In this document: piece by piece, positions 38,400 to 50,914 of the stretch | Position numbering within the stretch: the stretch's first letter is position 1 | Layout: every line of letters begins with the position of its first letter | Assembly: GCA_036172245.1 (NCBI GenBank) | Contig: JAYWIR010000005.1 | Location: 5,642,001-5,706,000, forward strand | Length of the DNA stretch: 64,000 nt | Direction: 5' to 3' | From: Raillietiella orientalis | Lineage: Eukaryota | The notes under the pieces: generated by a model | What the model was told of the DNA's origin: nothing | Databases searched by the model: none | Seen by the model: only the letters and a program-made list of their open reading frames with translations | Position numbers and translations under genes: made by a program

Positions 38400-40300
38400 G
38401 GGGGAAGGACTGGACTGTGTTCCCGCGGCTGTTCGAAAAGTGGGTCGGGAGGTGGAGGGGGCTGCACGGAAGGTGAGCGATGGACTACCGGTTCAAGCAC
38501 TCTTGTTAGGCCACAATCCTCCAGGGTCCTCCCCCCTCTTGCCTACTTTGTTTTCTGGGGCGGAAGCAGCCTCTTGACCGCGCTGCGCATTGAGCTGCAA
38601 AAGCGGTTGCTGCAAAAGCGGTTGCTCCGGCGTCTTCCGGACCACCGTTCGAGCCCGCCATGGGAGACAAGCAGCTGAAGCAGCAACTCATCGCTGGAGC
38701 AGCAACCTCTGGGAGCGTCGGTTTGTGGGACGCCGAAGCCTCGTAGGAAGATCGTCTGGGAAGCGTAGCTCACGTGCCTCCTGTATGCGGAAGGCTGAAT
38801 CGGGGATGGAAGCGTGTCGCAGAGTAGTTTCGGATCCCCGACGCCGCCTCACGGGACCCACCCCAGGAAACCTTGGCCTCTCGAGGCTGGTCAGTTGTTC
38901 CCTCTCTGGGGGGTTCTCTGCCGCGCGTGAGCAGCGGTGGCTGCCAAGGTAAGGGAGGGAGGAAAGGGCTGTCGTCCCGGAAAGCGGCTCGCGAGATCCC
39001 CATTGCCCTCATGCTGAGGGAGAGACGAAATGGCGCTATCCCGGATGAGGAGTTGAAGAGAACCTTCAAACCATCGTGGACAGATTCACCCGATACCAGT
39101 GAGCGCACTCCCATCCCACCCCATTCCCTACGATCGGGAAGATCAGAGTGCTCTTCATCCGAATTCGAAGTTGTAGGGGATGAGGAGAGAGAGAGAGGGG
39201 GGTGGGGAACCGCTAGAAGAAGCATTTCCTCAAGGGTTCCCTTCCGAGGATGCAGCGTCGTTTCCCGCCTCCCAGGCGGTTGCTACGGCATGCACCTCCC
39301 GGGATGAGGCAGGCTTGCCGAGAGGGAGAGCAACCGGAAGGAAGTGGGAACATCGAGTGGGTCAGGCCCCACCCCTTGTCAGTCGGGCGTTTCCCCGGAG
39401 GGAAAAAGTGACTCCTAAGAGCAGGGTGGACGCACCTCCGAAGGCCTGGAGTTAGGGAAGTCTGGCTCGCACTTCTCGCTGATTCCCCGGCCACTGCGAG
39501 TCACGTGGAGGAGCAGATCTCCTCCACGGATTTCCCCCATTTTTGTGCATGAAGTGATGTCAAGAAGGAGGATGCGAGAGAGTAGGTGGGAAATCTTCCT
39601 TCCCACATCTCTTCTCTGGAACCTCTTGTGATTTCGAAGCTTCTTTCACAGCGGGCAGTGGAGACTCATCCGGTACTCCCAGTACGCATCGCGCGGTAGC
39701 GCCGCACGCTCGCCCACGTCACCTCTTTCCCGATGCGCTCCGCCTACTCGACGGGAATTCCAGTTCTCTCAGCACCTCGTCGCTTTTCGGATCTCAGAAC
39801 AACCCACGAAACCTACGGTCGTCGTTTTCTCAGCTGAGGTCGCTCCTTTAACACGCCTACTCGCTCTCGTTCTTCCACCTTGCCCTCTCCGGACCCGTCC
39901 GTGAGCACTCGTGGGCTCAAGTGATGTCCGGCACGGTCACCTTCTTTCAGATCTGGAGCACTTGGCCTGGCTTTCAGCTTCGAGTCCGTTCCCGGAACGG
40001 AGTGACTCGGAGGCTACCAGCTCCGGCTCTTCCGCCCAACTTGGGTCGCCAGCTCTCTCCGTGACCACCGTCTGGATGCTGACCCACCTGTTGAGGATGT
40101 AACCCAGCTATTCCCTCCATCTTTTGCACCTTCCTCACAGACGATTGGCGCTGGACCTGGCGAACGATGTCAGCACGTGCCGAAAAGCACCGCATGAGTG
40201 GATCTCTGATCTGCAACCGGAGGTGTTCGGCGTCGAATGGAAATGCCCCGAGGCTGATAAATAGGAGGCCGACGGTAACAGCAAGAGGTAGAGAAATTCG
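38400..40300 (-). mobile_element. L1/Tx1-like ORF1 remnant with low-complexity tail
   Basis: GSLRVTPF (RRM-like), eroded zinc knuckles near 39650-39750 (RCVLG..SHCP), then Pro/Ser/Ala-rich sequence including a 15-bp tandem repeat at ~38594-38627. Confidence 0.3.
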
Positions 40301-41272
40301 TGAAGGGGAATTTGGGAGGGAAGATAAGGACAGTGGCGTGAACATGCAACTGAGATGCGTGATCTTGAGAGGAGGACAGTGTTAAGAAGTGGAACTCTCA
40401 TAGCAGATGGCATGAGCATGCTGGAGAATTGTAGACTGGCTCTCCATTTGGCATAGAAGAGTGGTAACAAGAAGGAGGCAGATAGGAAGATCCCTGAAAG
40501 ATGAAATGAACATCGCAAATTTAAAGGGGCTTACCATTTTCATTGGAAGGATACCAGTGGATGAAGATTCTCACTTCAGGCGGATGCTGCCCAGAGTGGG
40601 CTGGTCGTTCCCTCCTCGAATCAGGTGTTTCGCAATGAGGGATGCCCATGCTACCCTTCACTGAATTGCAAGGATACTCGAGACGATGGTGTGAAGTCCC
40701 CTGATGCGATTCCTGGTACTTATCTCTCAAACAGACATCTGACCTCGCCCGAACGCTTGCCTTCACAGTACGACTCCGGAGGGTTTGGTGCCCCATGGCG
40801 AGAAGAAAAAAGGCCTATTCCATCTTCCGTATATCACTCTGGACGTAGAATCCCCCCCCCCCATTCTTATCCACCGGGACTCCTGGAGGTCTCGTTCACC
40901 GTTGAGGGCGGCGTCCCTCTTCTGGACAAATCCTGAACTTCCGGTTCCAGAGAGGCTAACGGCTTGTAGCAGATGCCTTTGACAAATTTGTCAGTCCTTT
41001 CTGATGGATGGGGAAGACTTCTTCATCCCTCTAATGTGCATGCATACGAGTTCTCCCCTCCGCTTCACCCACGCGTGGCTGCAGACCCAGGAATCAGTGA
41101 GGGTAGATGCTGCGAGAGATCTGGATGTTGGAGAGTCTGTCTCCCTTTTGGTTTGTTCTTCCTCACGTTCCCTAAGAAATCCATCCTCCCGCAGCATCGC
41201 ATCGAATCCACAGGTCTTAAGATAGTGACGATCCAACAAAGACCGCTTCCCCTACCGAATTTTTCCTTCCAG

Positions 41273-41550
41273 TTTTTTTTTTTTTTTTTTTCGGATTTTT
41301 TCTGGGGGTCCGCTAAGTACCTCAAGAACCGTTGCGTGCCTCTTGGCGCACGTGGCTCTTTAACACTGTTCCACGCCATTTGTGGAGGGTGCATGTAATT
41401 CTTCAAGACAGAGGGCACCCCGGGAGAGGGATCCGCCCTATGAATCCAGGAAGGGCTCGGAGTCCGTTCCTCTCACGCCTGGGGAGAGATCTCCTCCTGG
41501 AAAGGGAGGGATCGCGCTTCCACCGTACTGACTTCAGAAGAGAAGTGGAT
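41273..41550 (-). mobile_element. 5'-truncated copy of the structured SINE-like element with poly(A) tail
   Basis: Reverse complement matches about 59980-60253; the poly(T) run at 41273-41290 is the tail. Confidence 0.85.
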
Positions 41551-41599
41551 TGCCAGTATCCAGGGGATTTTCCTTTGGCTGTTCCTCTTTTTCAAAGAC

Positions 41600-43150
41600 C
41601 GTCGTGGGGTGGCGCTTTCGGCTAGCAGCGCACCGGGCCCTATCTTAGCAAGGAGTCGACCACTGCCTTGGGCAGGCGGCAAGCTTCCCTTTCCCACTGC
41701 TTCTTTCCGACCATCCTCTTCAGTTCTCAGTCTCATCCCGCCGTGCCTCGACAAGATCACGGCTTGGCCGCTGGCATGGGATGATGAGGGATGCGCGCGG
41801 GAAAATCTGCACATGGCACGCACTCTCTATACGCGATGCACGCCATTCCCGGCGCGAGCACTGCGTTGAGCTTCTCCCCGTTGGAGCATGCTCGAGGTCA
41901 TTCTTATCTATTTATTTATTTACTTTTTTCGTTCGGCATGGAGAGAAGGTGGGTGACGACGGTGTTGCCTGGTTTGCAGCAGGCTCCGTCGTGGACCATC
42001 CCGATGCGATAAGTCTCTTCGTTGCTGTAGCCGGGGTTCGTCCACCTTCCAAAGTCAGGGCAGCACCAACGGCGCTCTCAAGAAAGCTCTTCAGGAGTCT
42101 TCGGCAGCGCTGTAGCAGAAGCAACGTGCATGGCCATGCCAGAGGAAAAAGCTCCGCGCGCGTAACACACGCGGAGCAGCAGCCCACGAGCTCCCATTCG
42201 CGGAGGGCCTGGAGATCTCCGTGCAGCCCGGTCACGAAAACGTCGAGACCCTGACGTCGGGGAAAAGACCCACTCGGCTTTCGGGCTGGGCAAAAGCCGC
42301 AGAGGGGAGAGACAGAGGTGGGGAGGGGGGGGGGAGAGATGACTCGCGAACCTGCAGTTCCTTGTTAGCCGTGCATCACCAATAGATGAACCCATCATCG
42401 TGTGGAAGCCAGCAGAGGTCGCGGCTTCCTACTCTGCTACTTTCCGCATCTCGCCGCAGTGCTGGTCTCTTGGTCGTGGATGAAGCCAAAGACTTCGGTC
42501 GGTTCGCTGACTTTTCGAAACCTGCCTCCGGAGGAAGGCTCCCCGGTTCCTATGCCAGCCTCCGGAAAAGGGCTCTGAGCATTTCTCAGTTGACAGAAGA
42601 CCTCTTCGTTGTTGCGGCGAAGCAGACGGACCGAGGGTGATCCGCCCTGTGGACGAGAGTGCCCAGAGCTTTTGTGCGACGAAAGCGGCCTTCGGCCCCG
42701 ATGCTGCAGACAGAAGGGGCCTGAGATGCTGGAAAGCCGAAGGAGGGCGGTTGCCCCGAGGCGATGGGACCGGGATGGTGTGCTCGACCGATACCTGGTT
42801 AGACAGGGACCGCTCGGGGCCGCGAGTTCCCCGGAAGGGAACCCGAATGCTGTGTAGATCACGAATCAGCGCGCTTTAGTGATCCCGAGAAAGCGCTCAC
42901 AGAAGGATTCAGGGATGCTGTGTTATAGATAGATCCGAACCGCGTAGGAGTGGAGGCCGGGAGCGGCGCCGCAGTAAGAGCCCTGCTCAAGGAAGCGTTG
43001 CAATCCGGAAGACTCCCAAACATGCCCGCCCGCAGGCCATCAGGGGAGTTTGTTCTGCCTTCAGGCTTGATGAGATTCAGGAATGATGAACCGGATGCTC
43101 CGCAGAGAACCCACGGGTGCCTCCCCGACTTAGCCACGGCTGGTCGGAAG
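41600..43150 (-). mobile_element. L1/Tx1-like ORF1 remnant
   Basis: IYTAFGFPSGELAAPSGPCLTRY (RRM-like v...lP......L..Y) followed by GC-rich low-complexity sequence. Confidence 0.25.
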
Positions 43151-43319
43151 GAAATGCGATCCTCAAAAACCAATAAGAGGAAACGAAGAGAGAACGGGAG
43201 AAGGCAGATCACGTCACCGTGATCGCTCACCACGTCACCGGCGTCGGAGTAGGCGTCACTGGGGCAGAGAGCTATCCTGGGGGCTCCGTTCAAAATCTCG
43301 AAAGACCACTATCCCAAAA

Positions 43320-43625
43320 GGTCATAAAAAAAGAAACATATATGATTATTCTACATAGATTGATATAAAAATTTATTTTAATATGGGTTATTCATGATAT
43401 TATCTGTATACATTGATATATAAGAAGACGGTTCAATCATATATGTTGGATCTACATATATCAATAATATAATGCAAAAGTTATTAATTATAAATCCATG
43501 TTAATAGATCTTGATAAACAGATATGTTAAAATAGCTTAAATATTAATAATATATATGTTAACAAATGGTAATATATATGCTAACAAATAGTATATGTTG
43601 ACCATAGAACTATATGTATGAAACC
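43320..43625. other. Sharply bounded AT-rich island
   Basis: Strongly AT-rich, with atatatatg-type motifs, between GC-rich flanks. Confidence 0.7.
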
Positions 43626-43939
43626 TTCGGGATTGTGATCTGCATCGTGTGAAAATCTTTACAGGATACCATAGAAAGCCTCCTAGTCCCCGTTTTTTGA
43701 AAGATTCTTCCACGGCTCGCGATGCCGCCAACTGAGCATCAGAGAGGTAAATGCGCTCGCTGCGCTTCTTCATGTGGGCCTTAGCTGACGCTTCCCTGTC
43801 TCATCGTGTCCGTGACCTCCAATGAGATCCCCCCTCTTTCGCCGGGATCAGCTTTTCATGTCTTTCCCAGTGGTTGATGTGGTCGAAAGTGAGAGCGAGC
43901 GAACTTGCTGGGTCCATCTTAAGAGCAAACTAAGATCAA

Positions 43940-45880
43940 ATGATCAAAGACTGCTGACGTTTTAGTTCTGGGGAAGGAAGGCGGAAAGCGCTGATGAATG
44001 CCTCTAAGAGGAGACGAGCAGTCCTCTTCGAAATCACGAACGAAGAGCTGCACAACCGTCTTCTATCCAGCATGCTCGTCTCCGTGATCCATCTGCTTCG
44101 TTTCGTTTTCTTTCCTGGACAGCAAGGAGCGAATGGACTCACGCAGCCCAGGTCAACCCCGAAGATATCATTTTGATGATATCTGTCTTCAAGACGGCAG
44201 TGGGAGCGCAACCTACGAATGATGTGATTACGAGGAGGGTAAGGAGCAGCAGTCCTGACATTCAGACTGTGTTCGTGCACGGCAGACGTAAAGGTAGATT
44301 TCTAGAAAAAATACAGAGGCAGTGTTGGCATGGCAGCACGCGGCTGAAGAAGCGTAGAAGTCAGCGATCGTTAGTGTTGGTACGAGGTTGATTATGGATA
44401 CGAAAGAGCATGGAAAGCCATGTAAATATTGATTCCCTGGTGTATGGAAATAATGATATGGGATTAGCTTAAGGTTGTAGGGATTTTAAGGGGTTAGTAC
44501 TGTGAGTACTGGGATATAAGAACGAAAATGTTAAGTGGTCATAGAAATGGGAATCATGGCTGTGCACTGGCTGGGACTTGGTTGAGGTTAAAAAGCTTGC
44601 TGAGTCTAGAAATAATAATCTTGTGAAGGTAAGGATGCTTTTTCCTGCTGGACATGAGTCTAGGAGAGGACGAATGCATACGCGTGATTTCGATGATGCC
44701 CAGACTTTGTGAGGGGGAAGTGCTTGGCTGTGCTTGTTAGATGGAACTAACACATCCACAATGATGATTATTGTCTACCTGTTAGTACTACTGGATGCTA
44801 AAATTGATGGTATTTCTACTGTTGGCGATGACAGGGATGAGTGAGGAGCAGCATGTTGGAGTGTAGCATTTTTGTAGATGATGAGGTGATTGGATAGGGA
44901 GCAGTATTCGGGAAGGGATGGGATGGTTGATGAGGCAGGGCACCGCTCGCTGTTGATGTTTGCAGTGTTGATGTTGCCCGCGTCGGAGGCCTTGTGGTTT
45001 AGGCTTCCGCGTGTGGCACCGTGCGTCGCGGGTTCGAATACTTCGGCAGAAACTCTGACGCCATTGAGTCGTCGAGTTCCGAGTTTCGCCTGCAATGGCG
45101 CTGGCTGTCCTACTCATTCGGGCGTGGCACTGGCGGTAGATTAAGCCGGAGGCCCCCGATGAAGGTCAGAACAATGGGAGTCGACCTTCGGGTACTCCCA
45201 GGAATCAAGGAGTAGGGAGTTCCCCCTCCGGTCGTGCAACGGAGAGCGGACTCCCCTCACCGGGGGTCCCTCCGAGTCGTCGCCTCTTCACAGAGTGCAC
45301 AAGGAAGCAAGCGAGAGCGATTCCCTGCGGGAAGCTGCAGCTCCCCTTCTGAATTTCGGAAGCCTTCCTTCGGGGTTCTCTTCAGAGGAGTGAACAGGAG
45401 CGGTTCCCTTGCTGGTTCCCTCCGGGGAGGAAATTCCTAGAAGCGGATCCTTTCCGGGTTCCCTTCGGAGAAGTTGAAATGGAGAGGACCACCCCACATT
45501 AAGGGGGTGTCCCTCCGGAGACAATGAGGAAGGAGATTCCCTTCGGGGTTCCCCATCGGGGACAACCAGGGTGGGAGGTGCGATCCCTCCCGTACAGGGG
45601 GATCCCTCCCCAAGCGTGAGAGGAACGGACTCCGAGCCCTTCCTGGATTCATAGGGCGGACCCCTATCCCGGGGTGCCTCCTATCCTGAAGAATCAGTGT
45701 GATTCTGCAGGGTAGGATAAGGATGGGTGGTGGTTTGATGTTTGGAGTTGTGAGGGTGATTTGAAGTGTTATGGTGATATGTGGATTTATCTTTCGAAAC
45801 GAGAACAAATGCTGCGATGGTGATCGTGATGGGATAAGATTATTCGAGTAGGGTTTCTATGTTTATGTACATAGCTGTCA
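43940..45880 (-). mobile_element. Decayed APE-type LINE with a C/A-rich sense strand, interrupted by the SINE-like element
   Basis: NINTANINS (APE start), IIIIVDVLVP, HFYDHLTF (SDH-like), then FAP..KKTKRSRWIT; the same G/T-rich plus-strand texture lies on both sides of 44976-45694. Confidence 0.55.
44976..45694 (+). mobile_element. tRNA-derived SINE-like element with hairpin-array body (3'-truncated copy)
   Basis: Pol III A-box-like ggccttgtggtttagg (44988-45003) and B-box ggttcgaatac (45031-45041); colinear homology to 59403-60131. Confidence 0.8.
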
Positions 45881-45959
45881 GATCTCTGCTTTTTATGTGT
45901 GTGTGTGTGTGTGTTTGATGTCACGTAAGAGGTGTCCTGACTGTGTCATTCTGGCACAC

Positions 45960-46800
45960 TTGCCTGCACGGGCTCCCCTTCGAAGAAAGTGCTACTCAGC
46001 TGCTTCGGCAGCCCTCGGTTTTTCTTTAAAAAAACGAGCGTTGATTGAGGAGATTTCTCTGCAGCTGCCACCGACCCGTTATTTGGAATCAGCGCGCTTC
46101 TGCTTGGGGAGGCATCGCACTTCATCGAAAGGCACTGGAGCTAGGGGGAGGTCGCGTCCGGCTGTCGGAGAGCACCGGGAGCTCAGCTACTAAATTCCTG
46201 TATACCGAGAGTCGCCTCCCCATTTCGCAATCACCAGTTTATACGCGCTGCTCGACACAGCCACTGAGGAAGGCCTCCAGAAAGAAAAGGCTCAGATCAA
46301 CTGTGCAGCGAGTGTTCGATACGAGTTTCTGAATCACATCTTGAGTCGCCACGTGCAGAACTCCAGCTTTATGAAGAAGAGGCGTGCACGCTGGGTCGTC
46401 CTTATCGAGGAAGTGATGCACGAAAAGTGGGAGCTAGTCGTCTCGAACTCCCCAATTCCGAGAGAAGATTTCAAGCTATGTCCGAACCTGGTGCTTCAGA
46501 AGGAAAGTCCATGTTGCCTGCCCGCGCGAGAGCTCCGAAACAGCATCGGAAGAAGCGACGACGAAGTAAGACGGATTACAGGAAGGTATCTCCCCTTTCT
46601 GTGGGAGAAGAGTACCGGCTTCGTTGAGAGCACTGGTGGTAATAGGATCCTCGGAAGTCTGCGACTCAAAGGAAGATGAAGTTCGCTAAGAACTTGCTAT
46701 TCCTTGCATAAAGGCAGAGAACATGGAGAGAAGGAGACTATGAGTCAACATTCAGCATAGTAGGAACATGTAATGGGGACAAATTCCGGGTCACTGGCCG
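45960..46800 (+). mobile_element. Decayed RLE (Utopia/NeSL-like) 3' remnant
   Basis: FRNHQFIRAAR, EFLNHILSRH and KWELVVSNSPIPREDFKLCPNLVLQK align with FIHAAR, ETLSHVLNRC and KWTLVSSNRRVPGTTSTLKPDLVLEK of the 33-kb element. Confidence 0.75.
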
Positions 46801-47739
46801 GGGCGAACGATTGTCAGCGAGCCTCTGGTGGGATGATAAGATTGTGTTGCACAACCACTTCAAAAGTCTTGCTTCGTCTTAAGGAATGGTGATTTGCTTG
46901 AAATCAATTCACCATGCTCTTGTTTTTCAGTTAGCTTTGGTGTTTAAGGGAGGAGGGGTCGACCGATGAACTCAGCTTGATAGTTTATGCGTGCCACCTG
47001 AAGAGTTGATCCCTACAGCTGTCCTTGTGGACGCGCGACGATCGAAGACGAGCCTGCGTGAGACGGAATTCCACAAACGATGTGAACTCAGAGCTCCATT
47101 CTTTTCTCCATTGGTGGCAGTTGGAAAGAAGGAGAGGGACTGAGATCTGGAGCCAGTCGAACCAATCGCACGCGAGCGGGCGATTTTCGACTCAAGGCAC
47201 ACGGTGACAGTGACATCCGCAACGTGGGATTCGCTTTGCCGGAGGATCAGAGCTGATGAGATATCACGATTTCAAGGACGCCGTCTCGGTGAGGATCCAA
47301 GCTGCAAGTAAATGCAAGAGAAAATTCCAGAATCTCCTTTGCTCCTCTTGCCATGCCAACAAGAGTTGGAAAAGCTGAGGTCGAGAGGGCGGCGGCGTCC
47401 CATTTAAAGAGAGCGGTCCCGTTGGGACGCAGGGAAGCTCCTTTGTTCTCCCGTTTGAGACGCTGCTGCCTTTGTTCAGGTATCGAAGGGACTCAATATC
47501 CCTTGTCATTCCCGTGCACTGATCCAGTAAGCGGAAACGGTCCTGGTTGTTTGAGTTCTTCTTGACTTGATTTAATGCTTTGTCTCAGCTTGGAACCAAG
47601 TCTGGTTGCTTCTGGCAAGCTGCTTTCGATGTCGAGACCTTCCTGAGCTTCGCAGCCCTTCCGCGAACCCCTGCTGACCAATGATGTCCAAATATTCGCT
47701 AGCAGCGTTTGTATCGCAACGTGCGATGGTTTTCCTCAG

Positions 47740-47960
47740 ACACGAAGGTGGAAACTCGAGCCTAGATGATGCCAGATGGAGAGGGATGCTCTCAAAGAAG
47801 AGGGGAGAAAGGTTCTGGCACGGAGGCTCTTGAATTCTCACTTGCAGGAGACGCATGGGAAAGCCGCTGGTGAGATTGTGAAAGCAGGCTGCCTGAAATG
47901 ATAGGGGTGGATGCTTGTGGGCTTTAATAATGGACAGCTGAAAGAGAGAAAATATCATCC
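47740..47960 (-). mobile_element. Possible LINE reverse transcriptase N-terminal fragment
   Basis: IIKAHKHPP...NLTSGFPMRLLQVRI resembles piiK.gK.p...RpIsLTS...KllE. Confidence 0.25.
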
Positions 47961-49999
47961 ACGGCAATCTTTCGAGGGGGAAAAAAAAAAAAAAAAAATG
48001 GGTTTCTCCTGTTAGATGCAGGCATTTCTACACCCGGCAGAATGCATTTCTCACCCGCACGCATTTCTTGGCATACATTCATTGCGTGCCAGGGAGTGCT
48101 AAGAGCTTAGTAATTGTGGGAGGCTTCAGCACCGAAGAAGCCGAAAGTCCTAATTGGGTCTCGAGAGATTTTCGGCTGACACACGCTCACCCACGTGATG
48201 CTCACGTTGTCGGCTTGCGTCTACCCAGCAAAGGCATCCGAATAGTATCGGCAAAGGGCGAGCGCGCGCGTTAAGAAAGAGTTTATGCAGCGTGGTGTTC
48301 GAGAGAGGTGTTCTGACTGGTAGGCCACACTTTGCTTGGACATCGAAAGGGGAGAGAGCTCTCTGTCCGGATTTCTGGGGGGGTCGTGACGGGGAGGGGG
48401 GTCGGAGAGCTGAGGACACAGCGGCCGATTACACATCGACACCATTCCTCTCTGTTTACTTCTGCATCAAATTGCATCTGTGCATCACAATCATCAGTTT
48501 CCTCCCGTTTGATTTTCAGCAATTCCCACGGGATAAATTTTGGTTACACTTTTTTTTTTTTTAATGACTAACTCGCCATGTTTATAGAATCTTACGTGTT
48601 CATAGTCAGTTGTTTTGTGGAGCCCATAAATTCGGGAAAATCTGAACTTCTTTCAAGATGTAATTATAAATGCTATATAGGATGCCAGTGTAACATACAC
48701 ATATGTAATTAAATAATGAATGATCAAGTATGTTTCTGTAATATGATGTATATCGATGTCCGTTTTTAAATATTCAATATTCACGTGGTTTTGTATTATA
48801 AAATTAGTATTTCAAAATGCTTCCTAGCTCTCCTAAAGAGCCCCTGTAATACGAGGCTTAGGGTCTTCAATTCTGTCCTCCTATTAATCCTTGATTTAAT
48901 TCACCAATGTTTTGATATTGTATCTTATCTATAAAATTGATCTCTGATCAGCCATCTGTAATTCGATGGCCTCTCCGATGTGGAAAGAGACCAATGCACT
49001 TTGATCTTAGACAAAAGGCCGAGAAGCCGAGACCACTGCATGTGGCAAGAGCCTTTAGATTTCTCAGAACCAAGGACATTTTCTGGTCCTCAAAGGTTAG
49101 GGTCCTGACTTCGGAGGAGCAGCTTGGAACTGCGAGCAACGAGTTTCTGTTGTGACGAGGACTGAGGTCTCTGATGACGTTACTCTGTCAATGTACTCTT
49201 CTAAAATCACTGCCTTGTGTCTAAAAGTGAGCGAACGAAGGTCTCAGAAGACCCCAAACTCCTGATTCCACAGAAAAGACCTGCTGCTTCTTTTGGTCAT
49301 TCCCGAATCTGTTCCACTGTGAAACCCGCAGACGGATTCAGCTTCAAAGAGTGCGAGTCGTCAGGAAAAAAAAAGGAAAAAACGCAAAATGGATTCTTCG
49401 AAACGATTCCAGGAATCTCACTCGCTGCGCAAGAGTCGATTTCTCCCAACGTCCTCATCTAACGGAACTCAGATTCTCCACCTCACCTATTAAAAGTAGG
49501 TCAGTCTGTCATCTTCTTGCCTTTTAGGAAAAAGAAAAAAAAGGCCAGGTTCCCTTGATTGTCTCTTTCCCAAGATGCAATTTTATCCACGAGCGCAAAT
49601 CTTGGACAAGTTCGTGCATGTCACATAGTGATTAGGGTTTCTTGCTGAATGCCATTACCGGTGTCTTACACAGAATCTTGACTACTCATCTTTCTTTGGT
49701 TCTGTAGAGATGAGTGCTGCCCTGATTGAGACGGATTCCTCTTGCACGCTTGCTCTGCTGCTGCACACGTCACTCCCTGCATCGGACGGAGGCGCTCACG
49801 TAGGTCGGTCTAGGCTCAGTCTGCGGAACCGCAACTAGACGACTCATTGTCTCTTTCGGAGAAGGAGATCATCACTTCCGATGCGATGAGTGGACTCCGT
49901 GGAAGCTCTCTGCTAGGGGACGCGCCTGCCACCGCTGCATCCGCCAGCATGGCGCATTGCACCAAGGATGACCGATTACCAAAAAAAAAGAGTTTCGCT

Positions 50000-50900
50000 C
50001 AGCACCTCTTTTCGACAGGCGCCAAGTTCTGCCAGGTTTGGTCGATCAGTACGCGAGATCGCCCTACACGTGCTGAGATCACTAAGTCACTGTCTTACAA
50101 CGCCATGGCTGATTCTTTCTCTGCTGAATCCTGAAACCTTGCAGCATCTTCTCGAGTATCCTATAGGAATCCAAAAAAATTTAAATCGAGTTTCTCCACG
50201 GTGGCTGTTAACCGCACCGTTCTGATTCCAATTTTGGGGAACGTCCAGGCTACTCTTCACTACAAATTCCTGGTCCATTACGAACATCTGTCAGATGCAG
50301 TTAGATGCACCCTAAAGAGATTTGCACCACCTCAGGCAGCACTGTTACTAGCACATAGAGAGCAAGTGTTTCCAGATTCCTTTCTGATACCCGAAAAGCG
50401 AGAGGAGATACTCATCGCGCCATCTCCTGAGACCTCGCCGAGATGACGAAGCACAGCTTCCCCGAAAGTTGATCGTTTCTCCGTGCCTCGGAAGAGCATA
50501 CTTCAGCTTAGCTTCTCCATCGTGATAGCATCCTTCCCACGCGGAACCTTTGCGAAACGCACTGGTGACATGTCATCGATGGGTCGATTCAAATCGGAGA
50601 TATCATCCGCTGGACCGAGGTGTCTCCACTTTACCGAAACCCTCCTTGAGATTGTAATCCTGTGGCAGTTTCGCGAAAAACAGCCATGTGAAATAATATG
50701 AGTACGTGATGTATGTACACAGTGTGCTCTTGCTCGCATCCCGCCATGTACACCTCTACAAACTTTCCTCCGATGATGCGCTCAAAACTTTTCCGCCTTT
50801 TGGGGGGAATGCGTCGGTCTACTTTCTCGATCTGAAAGCTTCGCTTCCCCAAAGACAAGGAAGGCAACAAGAGGAACCTGATCTTGGAACGGTCTGAAAT
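50000..50900 (-). pseudogene. Helicase-like C-terminus followed by death-domain-like sequence
   Basis: MAGCEQEHTVYI (motif V), CFSRNCHRITI (motif VI), then VKWRHLG..DISD...IDD...GKDAITMEKL (death-fold pattern). Confidence 0.4.
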
Positions 50901-50914
50901 AGGGTGCTTCTGTA

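Noticed and set aside
44976..45050. Functional tRNA gene
   Set aside because: A and B boxes are present, but there is no complete cloverleaf or acceptor stem and it continues into a dispersed repeat, so it is treated as a SINE head.
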